Virus genome (UHGV): UHGV-0112899
DNA length: 64,000 nucleotides
Origin: a virus
Reading direction: 5' to 3' (one strand)
Shown: piece by piece, positions 8,633 through 18,099 of the stretch
Layout of the letters: each line of letters starts with the position of its first letter
Numbering within the stretch: the stretch's first letter is position 1
The notes under the pieces: model-generated
Database searches by the model: none
What the model was told of the DNA's origin: nothing
Seen by the model: the letters and a program-made list of their open reading frames with translations, nothing else
Made by a program: the position numbers and the translations under genes

Positions 8633-9821
8633 CTTCCTGAAAAATCAGGACGGGCGATATATCACTGACGGCCTGTCCTCTAAGGATTTCACACGCGTAT
8701 TTGAACTCATCAGGAAAGAGCAAAACCGCAAACGCCGCCAGGCGCACAGGACACTCACGCCGGGCAGGCTTAGGAATAAATCAGCTGAAGACATTCTTAA
8801 GCTGGGGAAAAAGAAAGGCGGCACGTTCTTTACGCGTGACGATCTGAAAGGCTTCGAAAAGCTGCGAAGCAAAGCACGCGAAAAATATGACAGCAAGACG
8901 GCTGGCATCACATACGCACAACTGGTAGCGTCCAGCCAGGCTATCGATATTAAGCGAGCAAATAACGCCGTAGACGACGGTTCTGGTATCAAAAGAGCTA
9001 CGCCCGTATCTCTTCGTCACAATGTGATTAATATCCGCGTGGAAGCGTCCGATATATCCGTTCACCAGCACCACATTGTCCGGGTACGTTTTGAAGAATG
9101 GGATCAGATGGTCGATGACATCGCAGAAGACGATAAATCAGCCCTGAAAGTCACAAAATCACTGTGTGCCGGGCGAGTGTCTTTCGACTGTGACTGCGGT
9201 CGCCATCAATACTGGTATCGCTACATCGCCACTGCGGGTAACTTTGCCCTGGCCCCGCCAAAAGAATACGCCTATCCAAAAGTTCGCAACCCTAAGCTGC
9301 AAGGCGTCGCCTGTAAACATGTGATCCACTCAATGACACGACTACAGTCTGCCAGTTGGCAGATGAGTATTGCTCGTGCGCTACAAAAGGCTGCAACGCA
9401 AATTGCATTTGGTGACGATCGCCGCCGTACAACCAAACACTTCTCAAAAGAAGACGAGAAGGAGTTTAATCGCAATCGTAGCAGTAAAACGAACGTTGAA
9501 GCCGCCAAACGCGAATGGAGGCTCTATCAGAAGCGCCAGGCAGCTTTAAGTACAAAACTGGCGAAGGACAACGGCAAGATCGACAAGCTACGTGACCAAC
9601 TGACCAGGGCCAGAAAGTTGTCAGACGCACAGAAAAAACGAGCGGCAGCAAAAGAAGCGGCCTTGCAACGTGAGAAACAGAAAAACAAGGAGCTTCAGCA
9701 ACGCCTTGCCGATCAGTTCGCACTGAAGAAGCAGGCGTTCATTGATGCGCTGGTCATGGCAGGAACGTCACCTGGGCAAGCTGAAAAAATGTTTATGGAG
9801 TACGTGAAGAAAGGTTCTTGA
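8625..9821 (+). CDS. SWIM-like zinc-finger protein with Lys-rich coiled-coil C-terminus
   Basis: CDC...CKH motif (CxC-x39-CxH) followed by a basic coiled-coil tail. Confidence 0.45.
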   Translation: MPDFLKNQDGRYITDGLSSKDFTRVFELIRKEQNRKRRQAHRTLTPGRLRNKSAEDILKLGKKKGGTFFTRDDLKGFEKLRSKAREKYDSKTAGITYAQLVASSQAIDIKRANNAVDDGSGIKRATPVSLRHNVINIRVEASDISVHQHHIVRVRFEEWDQMVDDIAEDDKSALKVTKSLCAGRVSFDCDCGRHQYWYRYIATAGNFALAPPKEYAYPKVRNPKLQGVACKHVIHSMTRLQSASWQMSIARALQKAATQIAFGDDRRRTTKHFSKEDEKEFNRNRSSKTNVEAAKREWRLYQKRQAALSTKLAKDNGKIDKLRDQLTRARKLSDAQKKRAAAKEAALQREKQKNKELQQRLADQFALKKQAFIDALVMAGTSPGQAEKMFMEYVKKGS

Positions 9822-9855
9822 TTGACAACAAAGGCGGTCATACAGACCGCCGAAC

Positions 9856-10215
9856 TCATACACCAACCAGGCTTTCAAGAGGAATGCCAAACTGGGAATG
9901 TAAACGACGAATCATAGGTAACGTTAAATTTCGTGTTCCATTTAGCACTTCGTAAACACGATTTGACTTACCAATCGCCGGTTCCAGATCCTTCACGGTC
10001 AGCCCTTGCTGTTCCATACGGAATTTAATGGCCTCAATAGGTGATGGTGGCTCAATTGGGTAATGTTTTTTCTCGTACTCCTCAATGAGAAGACACATGA
10101 CCTCAAAGAAATCACCTTCCGGGGTGTTCATTTCCGGTTCGTTATCGAACATCGGTTCGACCGCACGCAGTGCGGCCTCATAATCTTGTTCTGTACGGAT
10201 AGGTTTAATGTTCAT
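9856..10215 (-). CDS. HigA-type (XRE HTH) antitoxin-like protein, orphan copy
   Basis: C-terminal LEPAIGKSNRVYEVLNGTRNLTLPMIRRLHSQFGIP resembles E. coli K-12 HigA-type HTH; no adjacent cognate toxin. Confidence 0.5.
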   Translation of the reverse strand: MNIKPIRTEQDYEAALRAVEPMFDNEPEMNTPEGDFFEVMCLLIEEYEKKHYPIEPPSPIEAIKFRMEQQGLTVKDLEPAIGKSNRVYEVLNGTRNLTLPMIRRLHSQFGIPLESLVGV

Positions 10216-10271
10216 TAATTCCAAAGGAAAGCCCACTTGTTAAGTGGGCTTTTTGTATGTGTTTTACTATA

Positions 10272-10610
10272 TCAGGCTGCTTTTTTATTCAGGTTCCGCT
10301 GAGAAATAAATTTTTCAGCAGTATTGATACGACTTAACTCTTCCTGAACGCGCATATCATTTTCGACTTCCCACAGGTCTACTGCGGTCTGAAGATTAAT
10401 CCAAAAATCTACAGAAGTATCGAATGCTTTTGCCAGGCGATATGCCATATCCATCGTTAGCTTACGATTATTATTAACAAGAGCACTTACGGTGTTACGA
10501 TGAACATGAAGTATTTCTGCTAACTCGTTGATCTTAAGCTCTAACGGCTCCAGGTATTCGTACAGCAGGATATCACCTACAGTCGTCGGTTTTCTGGTTG
10601 CCTGTTTCAT
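10272..10610 (-). CDS. higA: HigA antitoxin (XRE HTH)
   Basis: VGDILLYEYLEPLELKINELAEILHVHRNTVSALVNN...FWINLQ HTH signature; downstream of higB. Confidence 0.7.
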   Translation of the reverse strand: MKQATRKPTTVGDILLYEYLEPLELKINELAEILHVHRNTVSALVNNNRKLTMDMAYRLAKAFDTSVDFWINLQTAVDLWEVENDMRVQEELSRINTAEKFISQRNLNKKAA

Positions 10611-10681
10611 TTTTTGCCCTTACTAGCGTGCGTATTAAGTGGACTCTGGTCAGTACCCGGTCCATCCGCCGGGTATTTGTT

Positions 10682-10984
10682 TTAGTATTTGTGAGGGTCG
10701 AGATACAAGTCCTCGGCCTTTCCGTTAACCCACTTAAAAATTAACCTGTATTGCTTATTCACCCTTATTGATGAATAGCCGTTTAGCTTCCCTGACAATT
10801 CCTCATACCGATTACCTGGTGGTGATCTCAAGTCCTTCCAAGTAGTTGCAGCATTGATAATATCCAGCTTCCGCAACAATGTAATCTGAATATCAGAAGG
10901 TATCTTTTTGTGTGGTATTGAAAATTCAAAAAAATCATCAAGCCACTCATCCCTGAAATTCTTTATGTTAATCTTTTTGCTCAT
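10682..10984 (-). CDS. higB: HigB toxin (RelE/ParE superfamily)
   Basis: 100 aa; ...PPGNRYEELSGKLNGYSSIRVNKQYRLIFKW... signature; toxin-first gene order. Confidence 0.7.
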   Translation of the reverse strand: MSKKINIKNFRDEWLDDFFEFSIPHKKIPSDIQITLLRKLDIINAATTWKDLRSPPGNRYEELSGKLNGYSSIRVNKQYRLIFKWVNGKAEDLYLDPHKY

Positions 10985-11147
10985 CGATCATTTTATCCTC
11001 CATGATTATTAATGAATGTCATAATGATAGCGCACCGTTGCACCGTGCGCAAGTGCATATTGTAACAATTCCCCTCCTCCATCCAAAATCACAATCTCCC
11101 GAAAATCTTCCTTTCGATACCTGATAAATCGACCTTTGAGGACGCTT

Positions 11148-11939
11148 ATGGGCCGTTTTGATGAATGGCTTGCTGATGATGCAAGCCTGATGAGAAAGGG
11201 AACAGAACATGACAGCACGCAGAGAGAAGAGACAACGACGGTTGAAGCGAATGAAGGAAGCACAACGGAAAATGGGAATGTCAGTGCAGGGCCATTCAGT
11301 ATTCTGGAAGAGCACGCCGCCACCCAATCTAATAGCCATGATAATTGGCCTGATAATGCTGGTGACTCTGTTACGGAAGTGATTGAACCTGACATCGCTC
11401 CCCTACCGGCATCGCTCGCTAACAGAGAACCAAACCAGCAGCTTAAAACCCGATATAACGGACATAAAGCGTTCAACGACCAGATCCGCGCCGATTGGAT
11501 GCTCATTATTGAATCAAGCCCTGACGCGTTCGAGGCGCTTTTATACCGCCCGGCTGATGGCACCTATGGCGTCGTAAACGATGAAACAGGTGAAGAGTCT
11601 TTCACGCAACTGGACAACAACCAGCGTGAGCTTACCTATCTGGAACCGGAAATCGTATACGTCCTGGATAACCCGGACGGAAGGGATTCGTTTCATGCCA
11701 TTGATGCCGATGGAGAACAGGATGGTCTTGCTGATGAAGTGCTAATCCTGCGTATTGCTGCAAACAACGTACCTGTTGGTTCAATCCTGGAATGGAACGA
11801 AGAAATGGCGAATGGCCTCGCCCGCCGCTGGTGGTACGTGCATCGAATCTTCAGCTACGGAACACAACACGTCGGCTCCCTTTATTACTGCATCCCGGCC
11901 AGGAACTTTGATACCACTCAAAACGGAGTGATCGAATGA
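11148..11939 (+). CDS. hypothetical protein (possibly tail/baseplate-associated)
   Basis: ATG 11148 after GAGGA; ATGA coupling to the next gene. Confidence 0.4.
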   Translation: MGRFDEWLADDASLMRKGTEHDSTQREETTTVEANEGSTTENGNVSAGPFSILEEHAATQSNSHDNWPDNAGDSVTEVIEPDIAPLPASLANREPNQQLKTRYNGHKAFNDQIRADWMLIIESSPDAFEALLYRPADGTYGVVNDETGEESFTQLDNNQRELTYLEPEIVYVLDNPDGRDSFHAIDADGEQDGLADEVLILRIAANNVPVGSILEWNEEMANGLARRWWYVHRIFSYGTQHVGSLYYCIPARNFDTTQNGVIE

Positions 11940-12703
11940 CACCCAACAAAACTCTCCTGTCCCGCATTGGCGAGTGGCAGACAACGCGTACTGGAAAATT
12001 CCAGACAACTGGTCTGGAAAGAGTGGATAACGCTTTTGCTACGCTAATCAGTGACATTTTTTCTGACGTAACGCTGGTGGAACCAGCAAAAGAAGAAAGG
12101 CGCTTTGCATCATTCCTGAGTCGCCCACCAGCGGAGCGTGTTTATGTTGCCCGTTTTGATAACGCGGTCGAGTTCCTTAAAGCGGTTCGCCGTGCTAATG
12201 CCGGGCAAGGGAGAAAGCCAGAGAATCCGAACATTAATCGCGATGCACTCCCTCTGATTAATATCTCGCGCTCAATGGATATCAGCTATATCAACAATGA
12301 CCAGCAGATAGACCGCAAAAGATGTGATCACTTCTGCGAACCTGGCAGCGGTATGCCTTTAGTAGCCCTGGAATACACCCAGGCAAATCTGACGTATGAC
12401 GTTACATTAATGGCGACGGATAAGGCGACCATGAGTCTGATGTGTAACTCGCTAGGAGCACGTCTTCGCTTGATGGCAGGAACGCAGTTTGAAGCAACAA
12501 CCCCGCTGGTACGAGTACCCGTCCCGCTAATTTGCGCGATTCAGGATGCTAAAGACATCAGTTTTACTGATGTTTCAGCCCCAATTGGGGAAGAGCGTAT
12601 TTATGCTGCACAAACGGCAATTAGTGTTATAGCAGACGTGATCACCGCCTGGGAGCTGGACGCGAAACGAATTATTACTGAAACCTCTCTGAGAATGGGG
12701 TAA
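11936..12703 (+). CDS. hypothetical protein (possibly tail/baseplate-associated)
   Basis: 255-aa ORF coupled to flanking genes. Confidence 0.4.
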   Translation: MTPNKTLLSRIGEWQTTRTGKFQTTGLERVDNAFATLISDIFSDVTLVEPAKEERRFASFLSRPPAERVYVARFDNAVEFLKAVRRANAGQGRKPENPNINRDALPLINISRSMDISYINNDQQIDRKRCDHFCEPGSGMPLVALEYTQANLTYDVTLMATDKATMSLMCNSLGARLRLMAGTQFEATTPLVRVPVPLICAIQDAKDISFTDVSAPIGEERIYAAQTAISVIADVITAWELDAKRIITETSLRMG

Positions 12704-12706
12704 GCC

Positions 12707-13687
12707 ATGTCCCAGGAGCTACAGCAATACTTTCTACAGTCCATTACCATCAACGGAAACAAAGTGCCCAGGGAGTGGATATTCACTGCCGTATATGTGG
12801 AAAAGGCAAACCTGCGAGCACCATTGCTGAAACTGGAAATTCACGACATTACCGGCACCATAATTGATGACTGGAAAACAAAATACGGCGCAGCACTGGT
12901 TGCAGAGATGGGAGATCCACAAGGCAATTCAGGCACGTTTAAAACAACTTTTTTCGTAACATCTGCGGTGCTGGCTGGTGATGTCATCACGGTCATTGCA
13001 GTCAGTGAAGACGTTCGGATATTTAAGATCCCCGCTATACGGGCTAACCTGCATACAAATAAAACGCCTGATACCATTTTCAAGACGTATACCGGTACAC
13101 TGAAAATCGCCTCCAGCGCATTGAAACGAAGCTGTACGTACCATCTTTCCGCCGGGGAAAAACCCTCCAAAATGCTATCTGAAATGGCCCGCGATAAAGG
13201 CGCTTTATGCTGGGCCTGCCGTGGTCAGTTTAACTTTTATACATTAGCTGACCTTATGAAAGCCAAACCATCATTCACCTATGAAGGGAACAACCCCAGG
13301 GCGGAATACACGATTTCAAAAATGAGGCTTATACAGCAAGAGTATGCCGTTACGGCAAATACTCAGTATCGATTTACCGGCTATTCAATGACTGAAGGCT
13401 ATGTCGAATATGGCGATAGCTCACTTCCAATACGCTATATATCCGATCCGGATATGGAAACTCTGCGCAATATGCAATTGTCGCTCGTACCCAAAATGGA
13501 TATTGAGGTCGCGGGTAATCCCGACATCACGCCGGGAATGGTTATTGAGATCCTCGTGTATCGTTACGACCAGGAAAATAAGCTGGACGAATCGTTGCCT
13601 CGTAAGCTGCTGGTGAAAAACGTAGCCCATTTTGAAGACCGGATCGGCTATACAACACGAATGATATTAGGAGTACCCAACCAGTGA
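12707..13687 (+). CDS. putative baseplate hub / tail protein
   Basis: 326 aa, immediately upstream of the spike-like gene; assignment by position and size only. Confidence 0.3.
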   Translation: MSQELQQYFLQSITINGNKVPREWIFTAVYVEKANLRAPLLKLEIHDITGTIIDDWKTKYGAALVAEMGDPQGNSGTFKTTFFVTSAVLAGDVITVIAVSEDVRIFKIPAIRANLHTNKTPDTIFKTYTGTLKIASSALKRSCTYHLSAGEKPSKMLSEMARDKGALCWACRGQFNFYTLADLMKAKPSFTYEGNNPRAEYTISKMRLIQQEYAVTANTQYRFTGYSMTEGYVEYGDSSLPIRYISDPDMETLRNMQLSLVPKMDIEVAGNPDITPGMVIEILVYRYDQENKLDESLPRKLLVKNVAHFEDRIGYTTRMILGVPNQ

Positions 13688-14361
13688 AACGCAGAGCGCA
13701 AATCGTAGGGACCAAACACCCTGCCGGACTTATGCGAGCGCAGGTCCGCATACTGCCTGACTGGGACGGTGTACCGGATGAAGACCTCCCATGGGCAGAG
13801 TATCAAATGCCTATCGGTAACGCCTTTACACCTACAGTCAGCGGCGATTTAGTCTGGGTCGAATTTCCTTATCTGGATGCTAAAGGCAGGATAGACACGC
13901 GCCGACCTTTAATCGTTGGCGCGGCGCAGGATGCCCCAGGAGGCGTACCAAATGTGCCTCCGGAAGCCTCCGGACAAGGAAGTGGATGGTCGCCAGAAGA
14001 AGTTGATGGTGCTCCTGCCCGCCCCCAGTTTTCGGCGACTGAAGATTTTGTTATTCACCGAAACAATATCCTTGAGGTCAGAACGGCTGGCGGTGGCTAT
14101 GAAATAGCAAACACCGCCGCAGGATCAAGGATAGGGATGAACGAATCCGGCCAGATTTACATAATCGGCCCGGCGAATATAGTGCTTAATGCTGGTGGTG
14201 AGGTTAACGTCAAATCAAGCAGCAAAACCAATGTATCCTCTGATGGAGACGTTAATGTAAAAGGCAGCAATGTAACCGTCGCCGCTGATGGTGATATAGC
14301 CCTGAAAGCTGGTGGCGCGCTAAAAGCAACAGCGAGCAATTTCTCCTTTGTAAAGGGATAG
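13684..14361 (+). CDS. baseplate spike protein (gpV-like)
   Basis: N-terminal VRILPDWDGVPDEDLPWAEY...GDLVWVEF OB-fold-like motif and C-terminal beta-helix-like repeats. Confidence 0.45.
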   Translation: MKRRAQIVGTKHPAGLMRAQVRILPDWDGVPDEDLPWAEYQMPIGNAFTPTVSGDLVWVEFPYLDAKGRIDTRRPLIVGAAQDAPGGVPNVPPEASGQGSGWSPEEVDGAPARPQFSATEDFVIHRNNILEVRTAGGGYEIANTAAGSRIGMNESGQIYIIGPANIVLNAGGEVNVKSSSKTNVSSDGDVNVKGSNVTVAADGDIALKAGGALKATASNFSFVKG

Positions 14362-14367
14362 CAAAAT

Positions 14368-14415
14368 GCAAAACTGTGTTAGATAATTGAGTTTTATTTT
14401 CTAACACAGTTTTGC
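14368..14415. promoter_or_regulatory. 48-bp near-perfect inverted repeat with operator core
   Basis: gcaaaactgtgttagataa ... ttttctaacacagttttgc between the spike gene and rdgC. Confidence 0.5.
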
Positions 14416-14420
14416 GAAAC

Positions 14421-15326
14421 ATGAGATTAGTCGCCTTTAAAAACATATACGTCTATCGCCTTGCCCGCGAAATTAAACTGGACTCAACCACCGTTAGTGA
14501 TGCCTTAAGCCAATTCACATTCACTCCATGCGCATCACAAGAAATGGCAAAAGTCGGATGGGTGCCGGTTCTGGCTGACAACCTGATCCATGAATACCAC
14601 GGTTTTCTACTTCTCCAGCAACAGCGAGAAATTAAGCTCCTGCCCTCCCATGTCATTAAGGAGGAAGTGCAGAAAAAAGTGGAAAAGCTCGAAAATGAGC
14701 AATCTCGTAAGCTGAAGAAGTCGGAAAAAAACACCCTGAAGGATGAAGTTCTCCACTCTTTGTTGCCTCGCGCATTCACTCGCAAATCATTGTCGCGAAT
14801 CCTTATTGATCGCGACAACTATCTGGTCTTCGTAGAAGCTTCCAGCGCCAGAAAAGCAGAAGAAATGCTGGCGCTCTTACGTAAATCACTTGGCAGCCTG
14901 CCAGTGATTCCATTCACGCCGATAGAACCGCTCGAAATGACTATGACCGAATGGTTCAAGTCAACATTTCCTCAAGGCTTTAAAGCAGGCGAAGAAGCCA
15001 TATTGAAATCTCTGTTCGATGACGGCGGCGCAGTTCGTTGCAAGAAAGTAGACCTACAGTCAGAGGAAATAATGACTCATATTGAAGCCGGAAAAGTTGC
15101 AACAACAGTTGCAATCAACTGGCAGGACCGCGCGACCTTCAGGTTAAACGATGACATGAGCATCAAAGCACTGACGTTTTGCGATGATCTCTATGACCAG
15201 AACGATGACATCGACCGTGAAGATGTTGCCCAGCGATTTGATGCTGACTTCATTCTGTTCACAAGCGAATTATCCGCGATGTTTAGCTCGCTGGTGGAGG
15301 CCATTGGCGGTGAAGCAGAGCATTAA
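14421..15326 (+). CDS. rdgC: recombination-associated protein RdgC
   Basis: strong full-length similarity to E. coli RdgC (FKNIYVYRL, FTPCASQEMAKVGWVP, KLKKSEKNTLKDEVLHSLLPRAF, DREDVAQRFDADFIL). Confidence 0.85.
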   Translation: MRLVAFKNIYVYRLAREIKLDSTTVSDALSQFTFTPCASQEMAKVGWVPVLADNLIHEYHGFLLLQQQREIKLLPSHVIKEEVQKKVEKLENEQSRKLKKSEKNTLKDEVLHSLLPRAFTRKSLSRILIDRDNYLVFVEASSARKAEEMLALLRKSLGSLPVIPFTPIEPLEMTMTEWFKSTFPQGFKAGEEAILKSLFDDGGAVRCKKVDLQSEEIMTHIEAGKVATTVAINWQDRATFRLNDDMSIKALTFCDDLYDQNDDIDREDVAQRFDADFILFTSELSAMFSSLVEAIGGEAEH

Positions 15327-15342
15327 TAACCGACCGCTGGCG

Positions 15343-15990
15343 GTGAGTCTTTGTGATTATACAGGGAATATGGTTTCCCCCTGGCTGGAACACGGCATTG
15401 ATGCAGTCATTGTCGATCCGCAACACCAGGAGTCCGGCAGCCAATTGATGGAGTCAGGTGCTGTACTCACACGTATCAGCGCAATTATTGACAGTGATGA
15501 GGTCTACAATTTCCTTCGGAAAAATTTGCACAGAGTTGTATTTTTAGCCGGTTTCCCTCCATGTACTGACCTGGCTGTATCTGGCGCACGCTGGTTCGCA
15601 GATAAAGCAAAAAAAGATCCGGTTTTCCAGTTCAAAGCAATGCAGGTTGTCTGGCAGTGTTACGACATTGCAAAGATGATTGGTTGCCCGTACATGATTG
15701 AAAACCCGGTCAGCCAAATATCGACATTCTGGCGTAAACCTGATCACATATTCCATCCTTATCACTTCACTGCATATTGCAAGGAAGACAATTACACCAA
15801 AAAAACATGCCTGTGGAGCGGACAAGGATTCATCATGCCAACTCCGCGAATCGACAAGTCGTTAGGTGATCCAGATAACCGAATACACAAGGCACCGCCA
15901 GGGCCTGAAAGAGCGAATTTTCGTAGCGCGACACCTTACGGTTTTGCAAGAGCTGTATTTGAAGCAAATAAGGAGGGAATCCGTGGCTGA
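15343..15990 (+). CDS. short C5-cytosine methyltransferase-like protein
   Basis: GFPPCTDLAVSGARW (PC-motif-like) and MIENP (ENV-like); only ~215 aa; start GTG 15343 or ATG 15370. Confidence 0.3.
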   Translation: MSLCDYTGNMVSPWLEHGIDAVIVDPQHQESGSQLMESGAVLTRISAIIDSDEVYNFLRKNLHRVVFLAGFPPCTDLAVSGARWFADKAKKDPVFQFKAMQVVWQCYDIAKMIGCPYMIENPVSQISTFWRKPDHIFHPYHFTAYCKEDNYTKKTCLWSGQGFIMPTPRIDKSLGDPDNRIHKAPPGPERANFRSATPYGFARAVFEANKEGIRG

Positions 15991-16900
15991 TATTGGTGCT
16001 AAATTTATTTCTTATAGCGACAATCATCGTCCTGCGGCGGAAGCCACTATCAGCCATATGCGACGTATTCGCTCGGAGGACGAATTTGATCGCCCAGTCT
16101 TTAAGTGGGTCGGCGGCAAATTTTCTGCACTGCCCATTATCTTCGAACACCTGCCCCACGGAAAACGGTTGATAGAACCTTTCGTTGGAGGTGGCGCTGT
16201 TTTCACTAATGCCGGATTTAAAAGCAACCTGCTGAACGATATCAATAATGACCTGATTAACTTCTATCAGACATTGCAGCGTGAAGGGCATTCTCTTATC
16301 ACACTGGCATATCGTTTTTTTCAGGATTACAACTCTGCTGATGCATTTTTGAATGTTCGCAATGCATTCAACAATGGTGCTTATGATTCCCTTCACCATG
16401 CAGCGGCGTTCCTGTATCTCAATCGTCATTGTTTTAATGGCGTCACTCGCTATAACCGTAAAGGAGAGTTCAACGTCGGATATGGAAAGCAGAAATCACC
16501 CCACTTCCCTCTCGCGGAAATGGAGGCGTTCCTGGCTGACGATATTTCAAAGTATTCGGAATTTGTGTCCGGCGATTTTGCTGGTGTAATTGAGGCTGCC
16601 GGGAATGATGATGTGATTTTCTGCGATCCCCCCTATGAACCATTGCCCGACACTACCGGATTTACAAATTACTCAGGGCATAGCTTTAGGTTTGAAGATC
16701 AACAACGGCTGGTGTCACTGCTGGTGGATGCCCACAGACGCGGAGCGAAAATTGTGATAACAAACAGTGGTGCGCCTAACATTCGCGAACTTTACGTTGG
16801 CAATGGCTTCAAGGTGTATCCTATGCCATCCCGTCGCTCTGTATCCTGTAAAGCATCAACGCGAATGATAGCTAACGACATTATAGCCACACTTAATTAA
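15983..16900 (+). CDS. dam: DNA adenine methyltransferase (Dam family)
   Basis: FKWVGGKFS, EPFVGGGAVF, FLYLNRHCFNGVTRYN, DPPY motifs; GTG start after AAGGAGGG. Confidence 0.85.
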   Translation: MADIGAKFISYSDNHRPAAEATISHMRRIRSEDEFDRPVFKWVGGKFSALPIIFEHLPHGKRLIEPFVGGGAVFTNAGFKSNLLNDINNDLINFYQTLQREGHSLITLAYRFFQDYNSADAFLNVRNAFNNGAYDSLHHAAAFLYLNRHCFNGVTRYNRKGEFNVGYGKQKSPHFPLAEMEAFLADDISKYSEFVSGDFAGVIEAAGNDDVIFCDPPYEPLPDTTGFTNYSGHSFRFEDQQRLVSLLVDAHRRGAKIVITNSGAPNIRELYVGNGFKVYPMPSRRSVSCKASTRMIANDIIATLN

Positions 16901-16901
16901 G

Positions 16902-16926
16902 AAAAGCCCCATATGGGGCTTTTATA
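16902..16926. terminator. bidirectional rho-independent terminator
   Basis: stem aagcccc/ggggctt with atat loop flanked by A/T runs; between convergent dam and partition operons. Confidence 0.6.
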
Positions 16927-16939
16927 ACATCAAACAAGC

Positions 16940-17030
16940 ACCGTTACGGTACACTAACAACACCATTCTGGTACTAAAAAGGAATCAAAGTAGCCTCAAA
17001 ATAACACATGGACCCAAAACGGTGTCATTC
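16940..17030. repeat. partition-site-like repeats (two direct, one inverted copy of CACCNTTNNGGTAC)
   Basis: caccgttacggtacactaa, caccattctggtactaaa and inverted gacccaaaacggtg; related copy at 18149-18176. Confidence 0.4.
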
Positions 17031-17035
17031 CGGCG

Positions 17036-17323
17036 TCATTTTGTATCCTCAGACTCTGCAAGCATGAGGATAGCATGGCGGATCATATTCAATTTGCTGC
17101 GATTATGCTTTTTGCTTAACGCATCAAGTACCTGGTACTCGTATTCATTGAAGCCAACACGAATGGATTTAAAATCACGTGGGGCGTCCTTATCGAGCAC
17201 TTTGTTGTCTTCTGGTTGCTCACCCGGCACCAAATCAGCTTTGCTGGCAAAAGCCTCAATTCGGCGTTCAAGATCGAGGTCTTTTACTTCGGGGGCTTTT
17301 ACCGATTTACGAGGCTTAATCAC
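17036..17323 (-). CDS. ParG-like ribbon-helix-helix partition protein
   Basis: 95 aa; C-terminal RHH-like segment; GTG start after AAGGAG; coupled to the upstream ATPase. Confidence 0.55.
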   Translation of the reverse strand: MIKPRKSVKAPEVKDLDLERRIEAFASKADLVPGEQPEDNKVLDKDAPRDFKSIRVGFNEYEYQVLDALSKKHNRSKLNMIRHAILMLAESEDTK

Positions 17324-17957
17324 TTAATAACTCCTTAACCAACATCTGGATTTCACCTTTAGCTTTCCCGTTGTCCATCTCAACAACGCCCTTCCCTTCA
17401 GCCATACAATCGCGGTAAACCTTGCGATCGCGAATGATGGTTTTCAGCAACTTCAGTTGCGGATATTCAGCCAGGTACTCTTTGGCCTCATTGGCTTCAT
17501 TCACAACCGGATTGGATGGGGCCATTGTTAAAACTGCGCACGCCTTAATGCTAGGATTAGGCATCAGATCCAAAGCCTCTTCAAAGACTTCAACAAAATG
17601 CGCCAGCGTGTCTAAATCTGGCTGAGATGGCCTGAATGGAACAAGCAAAACATCCGCCGCAGTAATACCGGTGCGCATCTCTTTGCTATCACGACCAGCG
17701 GTATCAACAACCACAAATTCATAACGCTTGTCCAGATCAAGAAGTGTTTCACGAATATTCCCAAACTTCTGGACGCAATGAATTACTGGAGAAACCTCTG
17801 CCGCATTACGGTCCGATGCCCAACGGGCAGATGTTCCTTGCTTATCTGCATCAAGTAGAACTACGTCCTTATTTGCGCGGGCAAGCTCCGCACAAATGTT
17901 TACGCTGGTGGTTGATTTGCCACAGCCACCTTTTTGGCTGGCTACCAATATAATCAT
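17316..17957 (-). CDS. parA: ParA/ParF-type partition ATPase
   Basis: deviant Walker A ASQKGGCGKSTT; 213 aa (small type Ib ParA). Confidence 0.8.
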   Translation of the reverse strand: MIILVASQKGGCGKSTTSVNICAELARANKDVVLLDADKQGTSARWASDRNAAEVSPVIHCVQKFGNIRETLLDLDKRYEFVVVDTAGRDSKEMRTGITAADVLLVPFRPSQPDLDTLAHFVEVFEEALDLMPNPSIKACAVLTMAPSNPVVNEANEAKEYLAEYPQLKLLKTIIRDRKVYRDCMAEGKGVVEMDNGKAKGEIQMLVKELLSD

Positions 17958-18099
17958 ATCCGTCCCTCGGTGTTATTTTGGTATCAAAATGGCTCCAAAC
18001 AGAAGCCTTATTGATGCGGTTTTGGCTCTATAGTGGAGTCACTATGCTTTGCAAAAGTATAACACTAAACACTCGAAATTTGCCCTCTGTTGCATCCTG

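Noticed and set aside
11009-11563. 184-aa minus-strand ORF
   Set aside because: Antisense to the 11148-11939 gene and its upstream region, Ser/Leu-rich, no RBS.
15184-15342. Upstream extension of the methyltransferase-like ORF to an ATG at 15184
   Set aside because: Would overlap the last ~140 nt of rdgC in another frame; an in-frame GTG (15343) or ATG (15370) just after the rdgC stop is more plausible.
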